DNA of 51,886 nucleotides from IMG/VR virus record IMGVR_UViG_3300037478_000544, positions 1 through 51,886 of that record. One strand, given 5' to 3'. How positions within the stretch are numbered: position 1 is the stretch's first letter; each line of letters begins with the position of its first letter. This document shows, piece by piece, positions 40,060-49,476 of the stretch. Under the pieces are notes generated by a model. That model was not told the origin of the DNA and ran no database searches. It saw only the letters and a program-made list of their open reading frames with translations. The DNA is from a virus (Duplodnaviria > Caudoviricetes). A program made the translations under genes and the position numbers.

Positions 40060-42693
40060 ATGCACGACACCTTCAACCCGGAGACAGTCCGCCAATGGCT
40101 CGGCGCCCTCCACGCTGATGCCCCAGGCCTCACCCACGTCTGCGCCACCGACGACTGGACCGGCAAGGTGTTCACCGACCTGGACGCCGCCACCAACTAC
40201 GCGGCCCACCTCGACTCGCAGATGCGGCAAGGCATCTACGCCCGGATCACCACCCTCAAAACCCAGCCACCACCCGGGCACCGCGGCGGTGCGACAGACA
40301 CCGTGGCCCTACCCGCGCTGTGGGCCGACCTCGACCTCGCCGGACCCGGACACGAACACGACCCCGGCAAACACCAAGGCCGCCAACTACCCGCAGACGA
40401 ACCAGCCGGGCGTAAGGTGATCGCCGCATCCGGGCTTCCCGAGCCGACGATCTGGGTCCACTCCGGCGGCGGAATGTACCCGATCTGGCTGCTCGACCGT
40501 CCCCACCTCATCGACGGCGACCTGGCCGACATCAAAGACCTGGCCGCCGGCTGGCAGCAGGTGATCGCCCACTCCGCGGCAGAACTCGGCTGGCACTACG
40601 GCGCCGGAGTCGGCGACCTGGCCCGGGTCCTACGCATCCCAGGCACCATCAACCGGAAGTCGGGGCTGACCCGCCCATGCCGAATCCTGTCCGCCACCGG
40701 AGCGCGGTACCAGCTTCAGGAGCTGCAGTCCACCCTCGACCAGATCCAAACCAAACTGGCCGCCGCCATGGCCGCATCCGCAACCAAACCCACCTGGAGC
40801 GGCAGCCCCAGCAGCAGCAGCAGCCGGGTCGACGGTGGGATCTCCCCCGGCGACGACTGGTCCAACCAGACCAGTTGGGCGCAGATCCTCGAACCCGCCG
40901 GATGGTCCCTCGCCTACGAACGTGACGGGGTGCAGTACTGGACCCGGGCCGGCAAACGCAGCGGTGTGTCCGCCACCGTCAACGCCTGCGGCACCGACCG
41001 GCTGCACGTGTTCACCACCTCCACCGCCTTCGAAGCCGACAACAGCTACCACAAGTTCGCGGCCTGGACCGTCCTCTACCACGGTGGCGACTTCAAAACG
41101 GCCGCCAAGGCGCTGAAAGACCAGGGCTACGGGCAGCGTTCCCCACTGTCCGGCGACCCATCCACCTACCACAAGTCGATGATCGACGACATTCTCGGCC
41201 AGCCCAGCGCGCAGGCCACCGACCCACCCCGCGGCCAGCAGACCACCAGGCCAGCAGCCGCAACAGTCACAGGTGAACCCCCACCACCCCCCGGGGCGTT
41301 CGGACCCACCGAAGACGGGCTCGCCCTGGCCCTGGTCGCCCACCACGGCCACGAACTGCGGTACTGCCCACAACGTGGCCAATGGCTGCGGTGGAGCGGC
41401 CACCGCTGGCTGTGGGACGTCGCCGAAACCCACCGGGAGCTGATCCGTGCACTGGCCCGCCAATGCCCCGACGGGCCTGACACCGACCTGCGCAAGTTCA
41501 AGGCCCGGGCCATGTCCGCGCCCGGCACCACCGGAATCGCCCGGCTCGCCCAATCCGACCACCGGCTGGCCGTCCCGATCGACCACCTCGACGCCAACCC
41601 CGCCGACCTGAACACCCCCGGCGGGATCATCGACCTGCGCACCGGGCAGATCCGGCCACCAGACCCCGCCGCCATGCACACCCGGTCCACCACCACCACA
41701 CCCGACCCGTCCGCCGACCGGACCACCTGGGCCGGGTTCCTGGTCGACACCTTCGGCGAAGACCAGGACCTGATCGCCTACCTGCAGCGGCTCGTCGGCT
41801 ACAGCGCCGTCGGCATGGTCGGATCACACATTCTGCCATTCGCGCACGGCTCAGGTGGAAACGGCAAAGGCGTGTTCCTGGAAGCGATCGCCGGGGTGCT
41901 CGGCGACTACGCCACCACCACCCCGGTCGGATTCCTCATGGCCAAGCCCTACCAGCAGCACGAAACCGAGATCGCCAGGCTCGCCGGCGCTCGTATGGTC
42001 ATCTGCTCAGAAGTCAACCAGGACGACCGGTTCGACGAATCCCGTGTAAAGCAACTCACCGGCGGCGACAGCCTCACCGCACGATTCATGCGTAAAGACC
42101 ATTTCACGTTCACCCCCACCCACCAACTGTGGCTCATGGGCAATCACAAACCGGCCGTGCGCACCGGTGGACGCGCATTCTGGCGACGACTACGACTGAT
42201 CCCATTCACCCGGGAAGTCCCCGAAAACAAAATCATCGAAGACCTGCAGGGCATCCTTATCCGTGATCACGGGCCAGCGTTGCTGACATGGATCGCGGCC
42301 GGCGCAGCCGACTACCACCGGGCCGGGCTCCGCGAGCCGAACACGGTGAAGACCGCCACCCACGCCTACGAACATGACCAGGACACCGTGGCCAGGTTCG
42401 TGGAGGAGTGCTGCCGCATCGGCGGTGGAGAGCATGTCAAGACCCGCGTCAGCAAGGTCCGGGAGGCCTACGAGAAGTGGTGCCTCACCGAAGGCGAGGT
42501 CTCGATCTCCGCCAAGGCGTTCAGCCAAACCCTCATCAAAGAGTTCAGTGTCGATCGCTCGAAGGGTGGTAAGGGGGTCCGGTGCTACCTCGGGCTGGCC
42601 CTGATCGACACCGGCGATCTGCCGCCCCCCGGTGAGGATCTGCCACCTTGGGACGGCGATCCACCCGGGGACGATCAGGGACAGCACCGATGA
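40060..42693 (+). CDS. Primase-helicase: RepB-type primase plus P4/D5-type SF3 helicase
   Basis: ADLD, HSGGGMYP, RVLRIPGTINRK; LNTPGG.IDL.TG, GSGGNGKG, KQLTGGD, GNHKP, FWRRLRLIPF. Confidence 0.92.
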   Translation: MHDTFNPETVRQWLGALHADAPGLTHVCATDDWTGKVFTDLDAATNYAAHLDSQMRQGIYARITTLKTQPPPGHRGGATDTVALPALWADLDLAGPGHEHDPGKHQGRQLPADEPAGRKVIAASGLPEPTIWVHSGGGMYPIWLLDRPHLIDGDLADIKDLAAGWQQVIAHSAAELGWHYGAGVGDLARVLRIPGTINRKSGLTRPCRILSATGARYQLQELQSTLDQIQTKLAAAMAASATKPTWSGSPSSSSSRVDGGISPGDDWSNQTSWAQILEPAGWSLAYERDGVQYWTRAGKRSGVSATVNACGTDRLHVFTTSTAFEADNSYHKFAAWTVLYHGGDFKTAAKALKDQGYGQRSPLSGDPSTYHKSMIDDILGQPSAQATDPPRGQQTTRPAAATVTGEPPPPPGAFGPTEDGLALALVAHHGHELRYCPQRGQWLRWSGHRWLWDVAETHRELIRALARQCPDGPDTDLRKFKARAMSAPGTTGIARLAQSDHRLAVPIDHLDANPADLNTPGGIIDLRTGQIRPPDPAAMHTRSTTTTPDPSADRTTWAGFLVDTFGEDQDLIAYLQRLVGYSAVGMVGSHILPFAHGSGGNGKGVFLEAIAGVLGDYATTTPVGFLMAKPYQQHETEIARLAGARMVICSEVNQDDRFDESRVKQLTGGDSLTARFMRKDHFTFTPTHQLWLMGNHKPAVRTGGRAFWRRLRLIPFTREVPENKIIEDLQGILIRDHGPALLTWIAAGAADYHRAGLREPNTVKTATHAYEHDQDTVARFVEECCRIGGGEHVKTRVSKVREAYEKWCLTEGEVSISAKAFSQTLIKEFSVDRSKGGKGVRCYLGLALIDTGDLPPPGEDLPPWDGDPPGDDQGQHR

Positions 42694-42992
42694 CTACTCA
42701 GGGTAACCAATGGGGGACAAATGGGCCGCTGGGGGTGGCAGATGGGGTGGCAGATGTAGTGTCCAGTGTGGATCGCAACAAAACGGACAGGTGGCAGATG
42801 TTGCAACACATCTGCCACCTCACAAAACCGCAGGTCAAGGCACGATTTTGGCCCCCCAGGTGGCAGATTGTCAAACCATCACTGTCAGTAATAGGTGGCA
42901 GATGCGGGAAAACCCCCCTGGTGTTCCACCCTTACACACGACGTGAATAAGGACATAACCGGGATTTCGAAAAATCTGCCACATCTGCCACC
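42617..42992. repeat. Putative replication origin: GGTGGCAGAT iterons
   Basis: Forward copies at 42734, 42746, 42790, 42859 and 42894; reverse copies at 42638, 42810 and 42983; near-matches at 42617 and 42974. Confidence 0.82.
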
Positions 42993-43006
42993 CCGAGGAG
43001 CCAACC

Positions 43007-43222
43007 ATGATCATTCCGGACCCGAAGAAGTGGCTCAGCATCGCCTGGAACCACTTCCTGTTCACCACCAAGAACCACGGCCGCCCACCAGTCAGCGGCA
43101 CCGTCGGCAACCCCCAAGCCGAAGCCGACCACCAACGGCGCATCACCCAACGCGACGCCGCCTACCAGGCCGCAGCCGAACACCTGCTCCAACTCGCCCA
43201 ACAACTTCGGGACTCATGGTGA
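43007..43222 (+). CDS. Hypothetical protein
   Basis: GAGGAG RBS. Confidence 0.65.
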   Translation: MIIPDPKKWLSIAWNHFLFTTKNHGRPPVSGTVGNPQAEADHQRRITQRDAAYQAAAEHLLQLAQQLRDSW

Positions 43223-43494
43223 GCCAGCACATGATCTCCACCCTCACCAAACCCGGAACCTGCCCCCGCTGCCACAGCCAACTCCTGGTCGCCCTCGACG
43301 CCGGCCTACCAGCCCAAGTCGACGCCACGCCGATCACCACCAGCCAAGAAATCGCCGCACTTATCGAAGGCCGGTGGACCTACCTCCACATCCACCAACA
43401 ACTCATCCATCGCACCGCAGCAATCATCACCGGCGGTCGAACTGGAAACATCCACGCCGAACACCGCTGCCATCCCGACAGGAGCCGACTATGA
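43219..43494 (+). CDS. Zn-binding hypothetical protein
   Basis: CPRC...HAEHRC; coupled at both ends. Confidence 0.65.
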   Translation: MSQHMISTLTKPGTCPRCHSQLLVALDAGLPAQVDATPITTSQEIAALIEGRWTYLHIHQQLIHRTAAIITGGRTGNIHAEHRCHPDRSRL

Positions 43495-43712
43495 CCAGCC
43501 TCGCCGCAATCGTCACCGAACTCGACCAGCGAGCCGAACAACACGCCAAAGAACACGCCCAGCGGAAAGCTCGCACCGCCAAACTCCGTGTCGAACTCGC
43601 AGCAGCACGAGCCGCCGGCAAAATGGCTCGCCACGCACAACGACTTCGCTGCGAAGCCATTACCGCAGCGGCACTTGGCAGATTGCCTGGAAAAGAAAGG
43701 ATGAACTCGTGA
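43491..43712 (+). CDS. Small basic helical protein
   Basis: AGGAG RBS; similar to 10199-10438. Confidence 0.6.
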   Translation: MTSLAAIVTELDQRAEQHAKEHAQRKARTAKLRVELAAARAAGKMARHAQRLRCEAITAAALGRLPGKERMNS

Positions 43713-44191
43713 ACAGCACCACCGACGTGAAGATCGTCAACGTCGACTATTACGCGATACCCGACCCGCACGACCCGGGCCGGATGACCTACTGGTACCG
43801 GACCAAGCGAGGGCGGATCATGCCCCACCCGCCGAAGGCCCGGTACGGCCCGATGCTGTACCGCAAGGACGTCCCAGCCGACCTCGACCCCGAGGCTCGG
43901 GAGGCGTGGGTCTCGGACTGGTTCGTGAACGTCAGCAGGCCGTGGCATGCCGCGGTCAGGGAAGCGCTCAAGGGAGACCTGTTCGAAGCCGGGCTGCGGT
44001 TCGCCCAGCTGCGCAGCCGCTGCTGCTGCTGCGGCAGGTCGCTCACCGACCCGGACAGCAAGGCGTACGGGATCGGGCCTGAGTGCCGCATCGGGGTGGC
44101 GGCTGAGGTGCTGGCACGGATGAACGAGACGGTCGGCCGGATGCACGCCACCATCACTGATGGAAAGGAAAAGGATCATGACATTGGGTGA
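43709..44191 (+). CDS. DUF6011-like Zn-finger protein
   Basis: C..CGRSLTDPDSKAYGIGPEC motif. Confidence 0.75.
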   Translation: MNSTTDVKIVNVDYYAIPDPHDPGRMTYWYRTKRGRIMPHPPKARYGPMLYRKDVPADLDPEAREAWVSDWFVNVSRPWHAAVREALKGDLFEAGLRFAQLRSRCCCCGRSLTDPDSKAYGIGPECRIGVAAEVLARMNETVGRMHATITDGKEKDHDIG

Positions 44192-44462
44192 AGACCGTGG
44201 CCTCACCGCCGCAGACCTCATCGAAGCGCTCAGCAGCATGCCCGGCGACGCCCTGGTAGTGATCGAGGCCGAAGGCGCCACCGAGCACCTGATGATCGTC
44301 ACCAGCGCTGAGGACGGCCACACCTACGAAGAACTCGACCAGCAAGGTGACACCATCGTCGTCCCCGACGGCCGCCGCTGCCTGGTCCTATCCGCCATCG
44401 AGGCGACCTACCTCGTAGAAGACGAGCTGGGCGAGTTCGCTGCCGACCTGGCCGACCTCTGA
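44178..44462 (+). CDS. Acidic hypothetical protein
   Basis: GAAAGGAAAAGG RBS. Confidence 0.65.
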   Translation: MTLGEDRGLTAADLIEALSSMPGDALVVIEAEGATEHLMIVTSAEDGHTYEELDQQGDTIVVPDGRRCLVLSAIEATYLVEDELGEFAADLADL

Positions 44463-44473
44463 GGGGCACAGCC

Positions 44474-44788
44474 ATGGCCATCCGACCCTGCCCCACCTGC
44501 GGCCAGCTCAACCCAGGGCCCTGCCCCCGACACGGCGCCCTGGCCACCGACCGGGCACGATCCCGGCGTAGAGGCCGGCCCTACCCCGCCACCCACGACC
44601 GCATCCGCGTAGCCCTCGCCCCCGTGGTAGCCGCAGGTGGAGTCAACTGCTGGCGCTGCACCCAACCCATCCGAGCCGGCCAGGCATGGGACCTCGGACA
44701 TGACGACGACGACCCCACCATCTACCGCGGCCCCGAACACGCACAATGCAACCGGGCCACCGCGACCAGACGAAACACAGCACCATGA
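44474..44788 (+). CDS. Packaging-associated HNH-like endonuclease
   Basis: RPCPTCG...C..H; CWRC...WDLGH...GPEHAQCN; directly before terS. Confidence 0.82.
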   Translation: MAIRPCPTCGQLNPGPCPRHGALATDRARSRRRGRPYPATHDRIRVALAPVVAAGGVNCWRCTQPIRAGQAWDLGHDDDDPTIYRGPEHAQCNRATATRRNTAP

Positions 44789-44799
44789 CCACGATGTCC

Positions 44800-44860
44800 G
44801 TTTCTTCCCAATCGAGCGGTCCGTCCAGTATCCACGTCCCTCCGAGGGAAATATGTGTAC
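44800..44860 (+). other. Candidate cos site of prophage 2
   Basis: In the HNH-terS gap; TTTCTTCCC then TATCCACGTCCCT (44829-44841). Confidence 0.6.
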
Positions 44861-44918
44861 GTTTGTCCGGATATACCGTGTTGGTCTATCATGGACCTAA
44901 AGCGAGGTTGGTTGAGCC

Positions 44919-45383
44919 ATGCCGCGTGACGCGAAACGACCCGAGAACCGGCAGCGCCGGAACCTTCCAGCAGTTCTGGACGGAACCGGGGCGTCTCCGG
45001 TCGGTTCTGGTGCCATCCGGCGACCTTCCGGGCTTTCTGCGGCGAACCGGCGGGCTTGGGACGGCCTGTGGGCCTCGCCGGTGGCGCAGCTGCTCGACCC
45101 GGTGTCGGATCTGCCGGCGGTGACCCGGTTGTTCCGGCTGTACGAGCTGGGCGATGAGATGGACCGCCGGCTGGCCAACCCGCCGGTCGACGACGAGGGT
45201 AACGGGCCGTCGGTGGAGTCGATGGTGACTACCCGGGTGCGGGTCGCCGGTGAGTGCCGCATCCTCGAGGGCCAGTTGGGCCTGTCGCCACGGTCCCGGC
45301 TGGCGCTGGGGCTGGCGTTGCTGGCTGGGAAGAAGGCCGGCGGCGGCTCGCTCGATGACCTCACGGAGGACGCCAATGGCTGA
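44919..45383 (+). CDS. terS: Terminase small subunit
   Basis: K.PENRQRRN, W..LW.SP.A, LE.QLGLSPRSR..LG. Confidence 0.85.
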   Translation: MPRDAKRPENRQRRNLPAVLDGTGASPVGSGAIRRPSGLSAANRRAWDGLWASPVAQLLDPVSDLPAVTRLFRLYELGDEMDRRLANPPVDDEGNGPSVESMVTTRVRVAGECRILEGQLGLSPRSRLALGLALLAGKKAGGGSLDDLTEDANG

Positions 45384-47016
45384 GTTCGGGCCGACCCCGT
45401 GGCCGGCGTACTACGACCGGCCGGGTATGGCGTGGGTGCGGGAGTTGGACCCGCGGTTCCTGCAGGCGTTGACCGCGCCGCGGGGCGACTACCGGCCGGG
45501 GCCGGTTCCGCCACCGGAGCAGACGCTGGGCCCGCAGTGGGTTCGGTGGGTCGAGGCGAACGTCCGGCTCGGTGAGGGTGACCGGTACGGCCAGGCGCCG
45601 GAGGTGGTGCCGTTCCAGCAGGCGCTGATCTGGAAGCTGGCCGAGCTGAACGCGGACCTGTTGCGCCGGTTTCGGTTCGCACTGCTGTCGTTCGGCAAAG
45701 GCTCGGGCAAGTCACCGTTCGGCGGTTGGGTGGGGTCGGTGGACCTGGCCGGGCCGGCGGTGTGCTGCCGCGGCTGCCAGAAGTGTGACGCCGGCCGGTT
45801 GCCGTCCGGGCTGCCGCACGCGGTGCGGCGGACCTCGCCGGATGTGTTGAACATGGCCAGCTCGTACGAGCAGGCGGATCTGGTGCTGGACGAGATCCGG
45901 GTGACGTTCTCCGAGGGGCCGCTGGCCGAGTATGCGGTGGCGATGAAGGGGCTTGTGGAGCTGAAGGGCGCCCGGGGCTCGGCGCGCCGCCGGCCGGCCA
46001 CCGTCAAGCAGGTTGACGGCAGCAAGGCGACCACGCTGCTGGTCGACGAGGTTCACGAGCTGACCAGTGAACGGCAGGAGAACGCCTACGACGTTGCCGC
46101 CGGTGGCACGGCGAAGCGGGCCGACAGCCTGGTGCTGATGATGTCGACGGCCGGGTTCGACCTGTCCACGCTGTTTGGCCGGCAGGTGGCGCGCGGGTTG
46201 CGGGGCGAGTTCGGCGACGACGAGCTGTTTGTGTACGTGCACGCGGATGAGGCGTTGGCGAAGGCGCCGCAGTTGACCGACGAGCAGATCGCGCAGGGGA
46301 TTCGGCAGGCTAATCCGCTGGCGGCGGCCGGGCTGGCATCGGTGTCCAGGTTGGTGGCGCAGTTCCGGGCGATGCCGCTGTTCCGGGCGCTGCGGTACTT
46401 CTTCAACCTGTGGACGCCTACTGGCGAGTCGTGGCTGCCGACCGGCGCGTGGGACGCGTGCAAAGGCGCTCTGGTCGTCGACCCGTCGCTGCCGACGTGG
46501 GTGGGTGTGGACATGGCGTTGACCCGCGACTCTGCGGCGATCGTCACGGTGCAGAAGCGTGCGGATGGGAAGCTGCAGGCGGCGGCGAAGGTTTGGTATC
46601 CGGATGGTGGGCTGATCGACCAGGCCGAGGCGGATGACTACCTGCGAGCGGTGTGCCAGACCATGAACACGCAGTGGGTGGCGGCGGATGAGGCGTGGTG
46701 GCCGACGCTGGGCGAGCTGGAGCGGGAGGGGCTGCCGATCTTCCGCATGCCACAGCAGGGCCGGAACATGATCGTGGCCTACACGTTGACGTACCGGGCG
46801 ATTGTCGAGCAGCTGCTGGTGCACGACGGGTCGCCGGATTTCGCCGACCAGATCGCTTCGGCGGTGCCGAACAGCACGGACCGCGGGTGGACGTTGCGTA
46901 AGGGGAAGCACAAGAAGCGGATCGACTGTGCTCCGGCGCTGGCCGGGGCGATGTTCGCGGCGACGCAGCCGACGCCGGAGAAGGACAAGCCGCTGCCACG
47001 TCCGATGGTCGTTTAG
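45376..47016 (+). CDS. terL: Terminase large subunit
   Basis: PFQ, GKGSGKS, VDEVHE, STAG, ANP, GVDMA..RD, KRID. Confidence 0.93.
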   Translation: MAEFGPTPWPAYYDRPGMAWVRELDPRFLQALTAPRGDYRPGPVPPPEQTLGPQWVRWVEANVRLGEGDRYGQAPEVVPFQQALIWKLAELNADLLRRFRFALLSFGKGSGKSPFGGWVGSVDLAGPAVCCRGCQKCDAGRLPSGLPHAVRRTSPDVLNMASSYEQADLVLDEIRVTFSEGPLAEYAVAMKGLVELKGARGSARRRPATVKQVDGSKATTLLVDEVHELTSERQENAYDVAAGGTAKRADSLVLMMSTAGFDLSTLFGRQVARGLRGEFGDDELFVYVHADEALAKAPQLTDEQIAQGIRQANPLAAAGLASVSRLVAQFRAMPLFRALRYFFNLWTPTGESWLPTGAWDACKGALVVDPSLPTWVGVDMALTRDSAAIVTVQKRADGKLQAAAKVWYPDGGLIDQAEADDYLRAVCQTMNTQWVAADEAWWPTLGELEREGLPIFRMPQQGRNMIVAYTLTYRAIVEQLLVHDGSPDFADQIASAVPNSTDRGWTLRKGKHKKRIDCAPALAGAMFAATQPTPEKDKPLPRPMVV

Positions 47017-47061
47017 AACGTGAACGTGCGATTATGTTCAGTGTGAGTTGAGAGGAACTCG

Positions 47062-47310
47062 ATGACGACGACAGAGCTACGACCGGAGCTCGGAGCGTGG
47101 GCGGGCGGGAATCACACTCTGCCGGCGCGCCGCCGGCTGCGGGGGTTGCGGATGCCGGCGCTGCCCTCCGGGCAGTGGCTGGCCCAGGTTGGTGGTGGGG
47201 CGGCCGCGTTGGTGGGGGTGCTGATGCAGTTCGGCGGCCCGGTGGCGCTGATGGTCGGCGGTGCCGCGGCGGTGGTGCTGGGGATGCTCCGTGAGGCCGG
47301 CAAGGTTTGA
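47062..47310 (+). CDS. Small membrane protein
   Basis: Two hydrophobic segments; lies between terL and portal. Confidence 0.65.
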   Translation: MTTTELRPELGAWAGGNHTLPARRRLRGLRMPALPSGQWLAQVGGGAAALVGVLMQFGGPVALMVGGAAAVVLGMLREAGKV

Positions 47311-47311
47311 C

Positions 47312-48514
47312 ATGGGCCTCGGGCAGCTGTTCCGGTCGACCGAGTACACGGTGAAGGACACGGTTACCAACCAGGTCCAGATGTTCACCGTGGTCGACAA
47401 CTTGGCGCCGGATTTCGGCGGCCCGTTCTACCGGGGTGGGATGTCGATTCCCGGGGCGTGGCGTGCCGCGGTGCTGCTTTCGGATCTGCTCGGTGGGGTG
47501 CCGTGGCATGCGTTCCGGCAGTTCGCCGACCGGCCGGAGGAACGGTTGAGCCCGACGCCGCCGCTGTTGGACCAGCCGCAGTACCCGGATACCCGGATGA
47601 CCACGTTCTCCTCATGGGGGCTGGACCTGATCTGGCACGGCAACGCCATCGGGGTGATCGCCGCCCGTAACACCAGCAACTGGCCGACCGCGGCGCTGGC
47701 GGTCTCCGCGGCGAACGTGAGCGTCCGGCGGGTCACACCGTTCGTCAGCTCACCGCTGCCGGTCGGCGAGCTGGAGTATTCGATCGGGTCGCTGCGGCTC
47801 GGCTCGCAGGACATCATCCACATCAAGGGACCCTGCGAGCCCGGTGCGGTACGCGGTATGGGTGTGCTCGAGGCCCACCTTGCCACGCTCGATCTGAGCC
47901 GTGAGCAGATCAGGCAGGCCCGGTCGCTGTCTCAGCACGGGGTGCCGACTGGTGTGCTGAAGGTGTCGAACCCGGATGCGACGATCAAGGATCTGCAGGA
48001 TGCGAAGGCCGGGTGGATGGCCGCGCAGGCCACCCGCACGGTTGCCGCGTTGAACGCGTCCACCGAGTTCCAGCCGTTGTCGTGGAACCCGGAGGAGATG
48101 CAGCTGGTGGAGGCCCGCCGGTTCACCCTCACCGACCTGGAGCTGATGTTCGGCCTGCCGGTGGGCTGGCTGGGCGGCATGAACAGTGCCCGGCAGTATT
48201 CCAACATCGAGCAGGATGCGGTGAACCTGCTCAAGTTCTCCCTGGGCGGTCACCTGGCCCGGTTCGAGCAGACTCTGACACTGCACATGCCCCGTGGCAC
48301 GCAGGCCCGGGCCAACCTGGACGCGTTCCTTCGCCCGGACACGCTGTCCCGCTACCAGGCCTATGCGATCGCGTTGGACAAGCAGTTCCTCGACGTGGAT
48401 GAGGTGCGGGAGCTGGAGCACCGGGCGCCGCTGCCGGAGAAGCCTGTCGAGCCGAACCCGTTCGCCAGCGACGATATCGACGACGAGGAGGACCCCGATG
48501 GTGGCCAAGGCTAG
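47312..48514 (+). CDS. Portal protein (HK97 family)
   Basis: WHGNA, IIHI, PTGVL, QLVEARRF...MFGLP, YSNIEQ, FLRPD..SRY, EVRELE...P. Confidence 0.93.
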   Translation: MGLGQLFRSTEYTVKDTVTNQVQMFTVVDNLAPDFGGPFYRGGMSIPGAWRAAVLLSDLLGGVPWHAFRQFADRPEERLSPTPPLLDQPQYPDTRMTTFSSWGLDLIWHGNAIGVIAARNTSNWPTAALAVSAANVSVRRVTPFVSSPLPVGELEYSIGSLRLGSQDIIHIKGPCEPGAVRGMGVLEAHLATLDLSREQIRQARSLSQHGVPTGVLKVSNPDATIKDLQDAKAGWMAAQATRTVAALNASTEFQPLSWNPEEMQLVEARRFTLTDLELMFGLPVGWLGGMNSARQYSNIEQDAVNLLKFSLGGHLARFEQTLTLHMPRGTQARANLDAFLRPDTLSRYQAYAIALDKQFLDVDEVRELEHRAPLPEKPVEPNPFASDDIDDEEDPDGGQG

Positions 48515-48716
48515 GGAGAAGGCAACTGTGCAGCCCCTGCAGGAGCAGGTGCTGGCGCAGGAGGCGCAGCCACAGCAGCCGCAGCCGCGGAGAAGGCTGC
48601 GGCGTGCCGGCGTGTGCCTGGTCGACGACGCCAACTGTGTTGGTGGGGCAGTCAACGGGAAAGTGTGCTCATACCACGCCATGAGCTACCGGCCAGACGG
48701 GACCAGACGGCCATGA
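48498..48716 (+). CDS. Small Cys/His protein
   Basis: GAGGAGG RBS; C...C...CSYH; coupled to the protease. Confidence 0.6.
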   Translation: MVAKAREKATVQPLQEQVLAQEAQPQQPQPRRRLRRAGVCLVDDANCVGGAVNGKVCSYHAMSYRPDGTRRP

Positions 48717-49327
48717 ACCAGAGCCACTACCGGAGCTTCGCACCGGACTTGCAGGTCCGCTCCGCCGGCGACGGGCGGACGATCTACGGAATCGCCGTGC
48801 CCTACCGGGCACCTGTCCGCATCGACCCCGACCTGGTGGAGCAGTTCGCCCGGGGCGCGTTCAACCACCAGCTGTCCCACCCGTCGCGGGTGCGGCTGTC
48901 CCGCGAACATGTGCTGCTCGGTGGGACGCTGATCGGCGCGGCGACAACCCTGCGCGACGACGCCGCCGGGTTGTACGTGGAGCTGCGGGCATCGCGAACC
49001 CCCACCGGCGACGAGACGATCGAGCTGGTGAAGGACGGCGCGATGGACCAGCTGTCGATCCACTTCGAGGAGCGTCAGAACCGGCGGCTGCCCGGCGGCA
49101 TCACCGAGCGGGTCAAGGCCAACTTGCGGGAGGTGGCCGTGGTCATGGAAGGCGCCTACGGTGAGCTGGCCGCGGCCGGCGGAGTCCGCAGCAGCTTCGT
49201 CGACAACAGCGGTGAGGCGATCGACGCCGAGCTGCGCGCCAAGGCGGAAGAGTACCTGCTGGGCATGCCCGGCCTGCCGGACCACGACCTGCAGGTGCGG
49301 GCGATCCGGTTGGGCATCCCAGTCTGA
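48713..49327 (+). CDS. HK97-family prohead protease
   Basis: GRTIYGIAVPY, EQFARGAF, REH, LSIHF, LREVAVV..GAY. Confidence 0.9.
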   Translation: MNQSHYRSFAPDLQVRSAGDGRTIYGIAVPYRAPVRIDPDLVEQFARGAFNHQLSHPSRVRLSREHVLLGGTLIGAATTLRDDAAGLYVELRASRTPTGDETIELVKDGAMDQLSIHFEERQNRRLPGGITERVKANLREVAVVMEGAYGELAAAGGVRSSFVDNSGEAIDAELRAKAEEYLLGMPGLPDHDLQVRAIRLGIPV

Positions 49328-49354
49328 TATCGTCGAGTTTGACATAGCTGGACA

Positions 49355-49442
49355 CCGACACCCCCGCCTCTGGGACGCGGACACCCCGGCCACTCGCTGA
49401 GCCGACACCCCCGCCTCTACACGCGGACACCCCGGTCACTCG
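49355..49442 (+). repeat. Tandem ~42-bp duplication rich in GACACCCC in the capsid gene leader
   Basis: CCGACACCCCCGCCTCT-(GGG/AC)-ACGCGGACACCCCGG(C/T)CACTCG at 49355 and 49402. Confidence 0.8.
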
Positions 49443-49476
49443 GAGCACCGAATCCTGGTGACCCGTGGAGGTCAAG

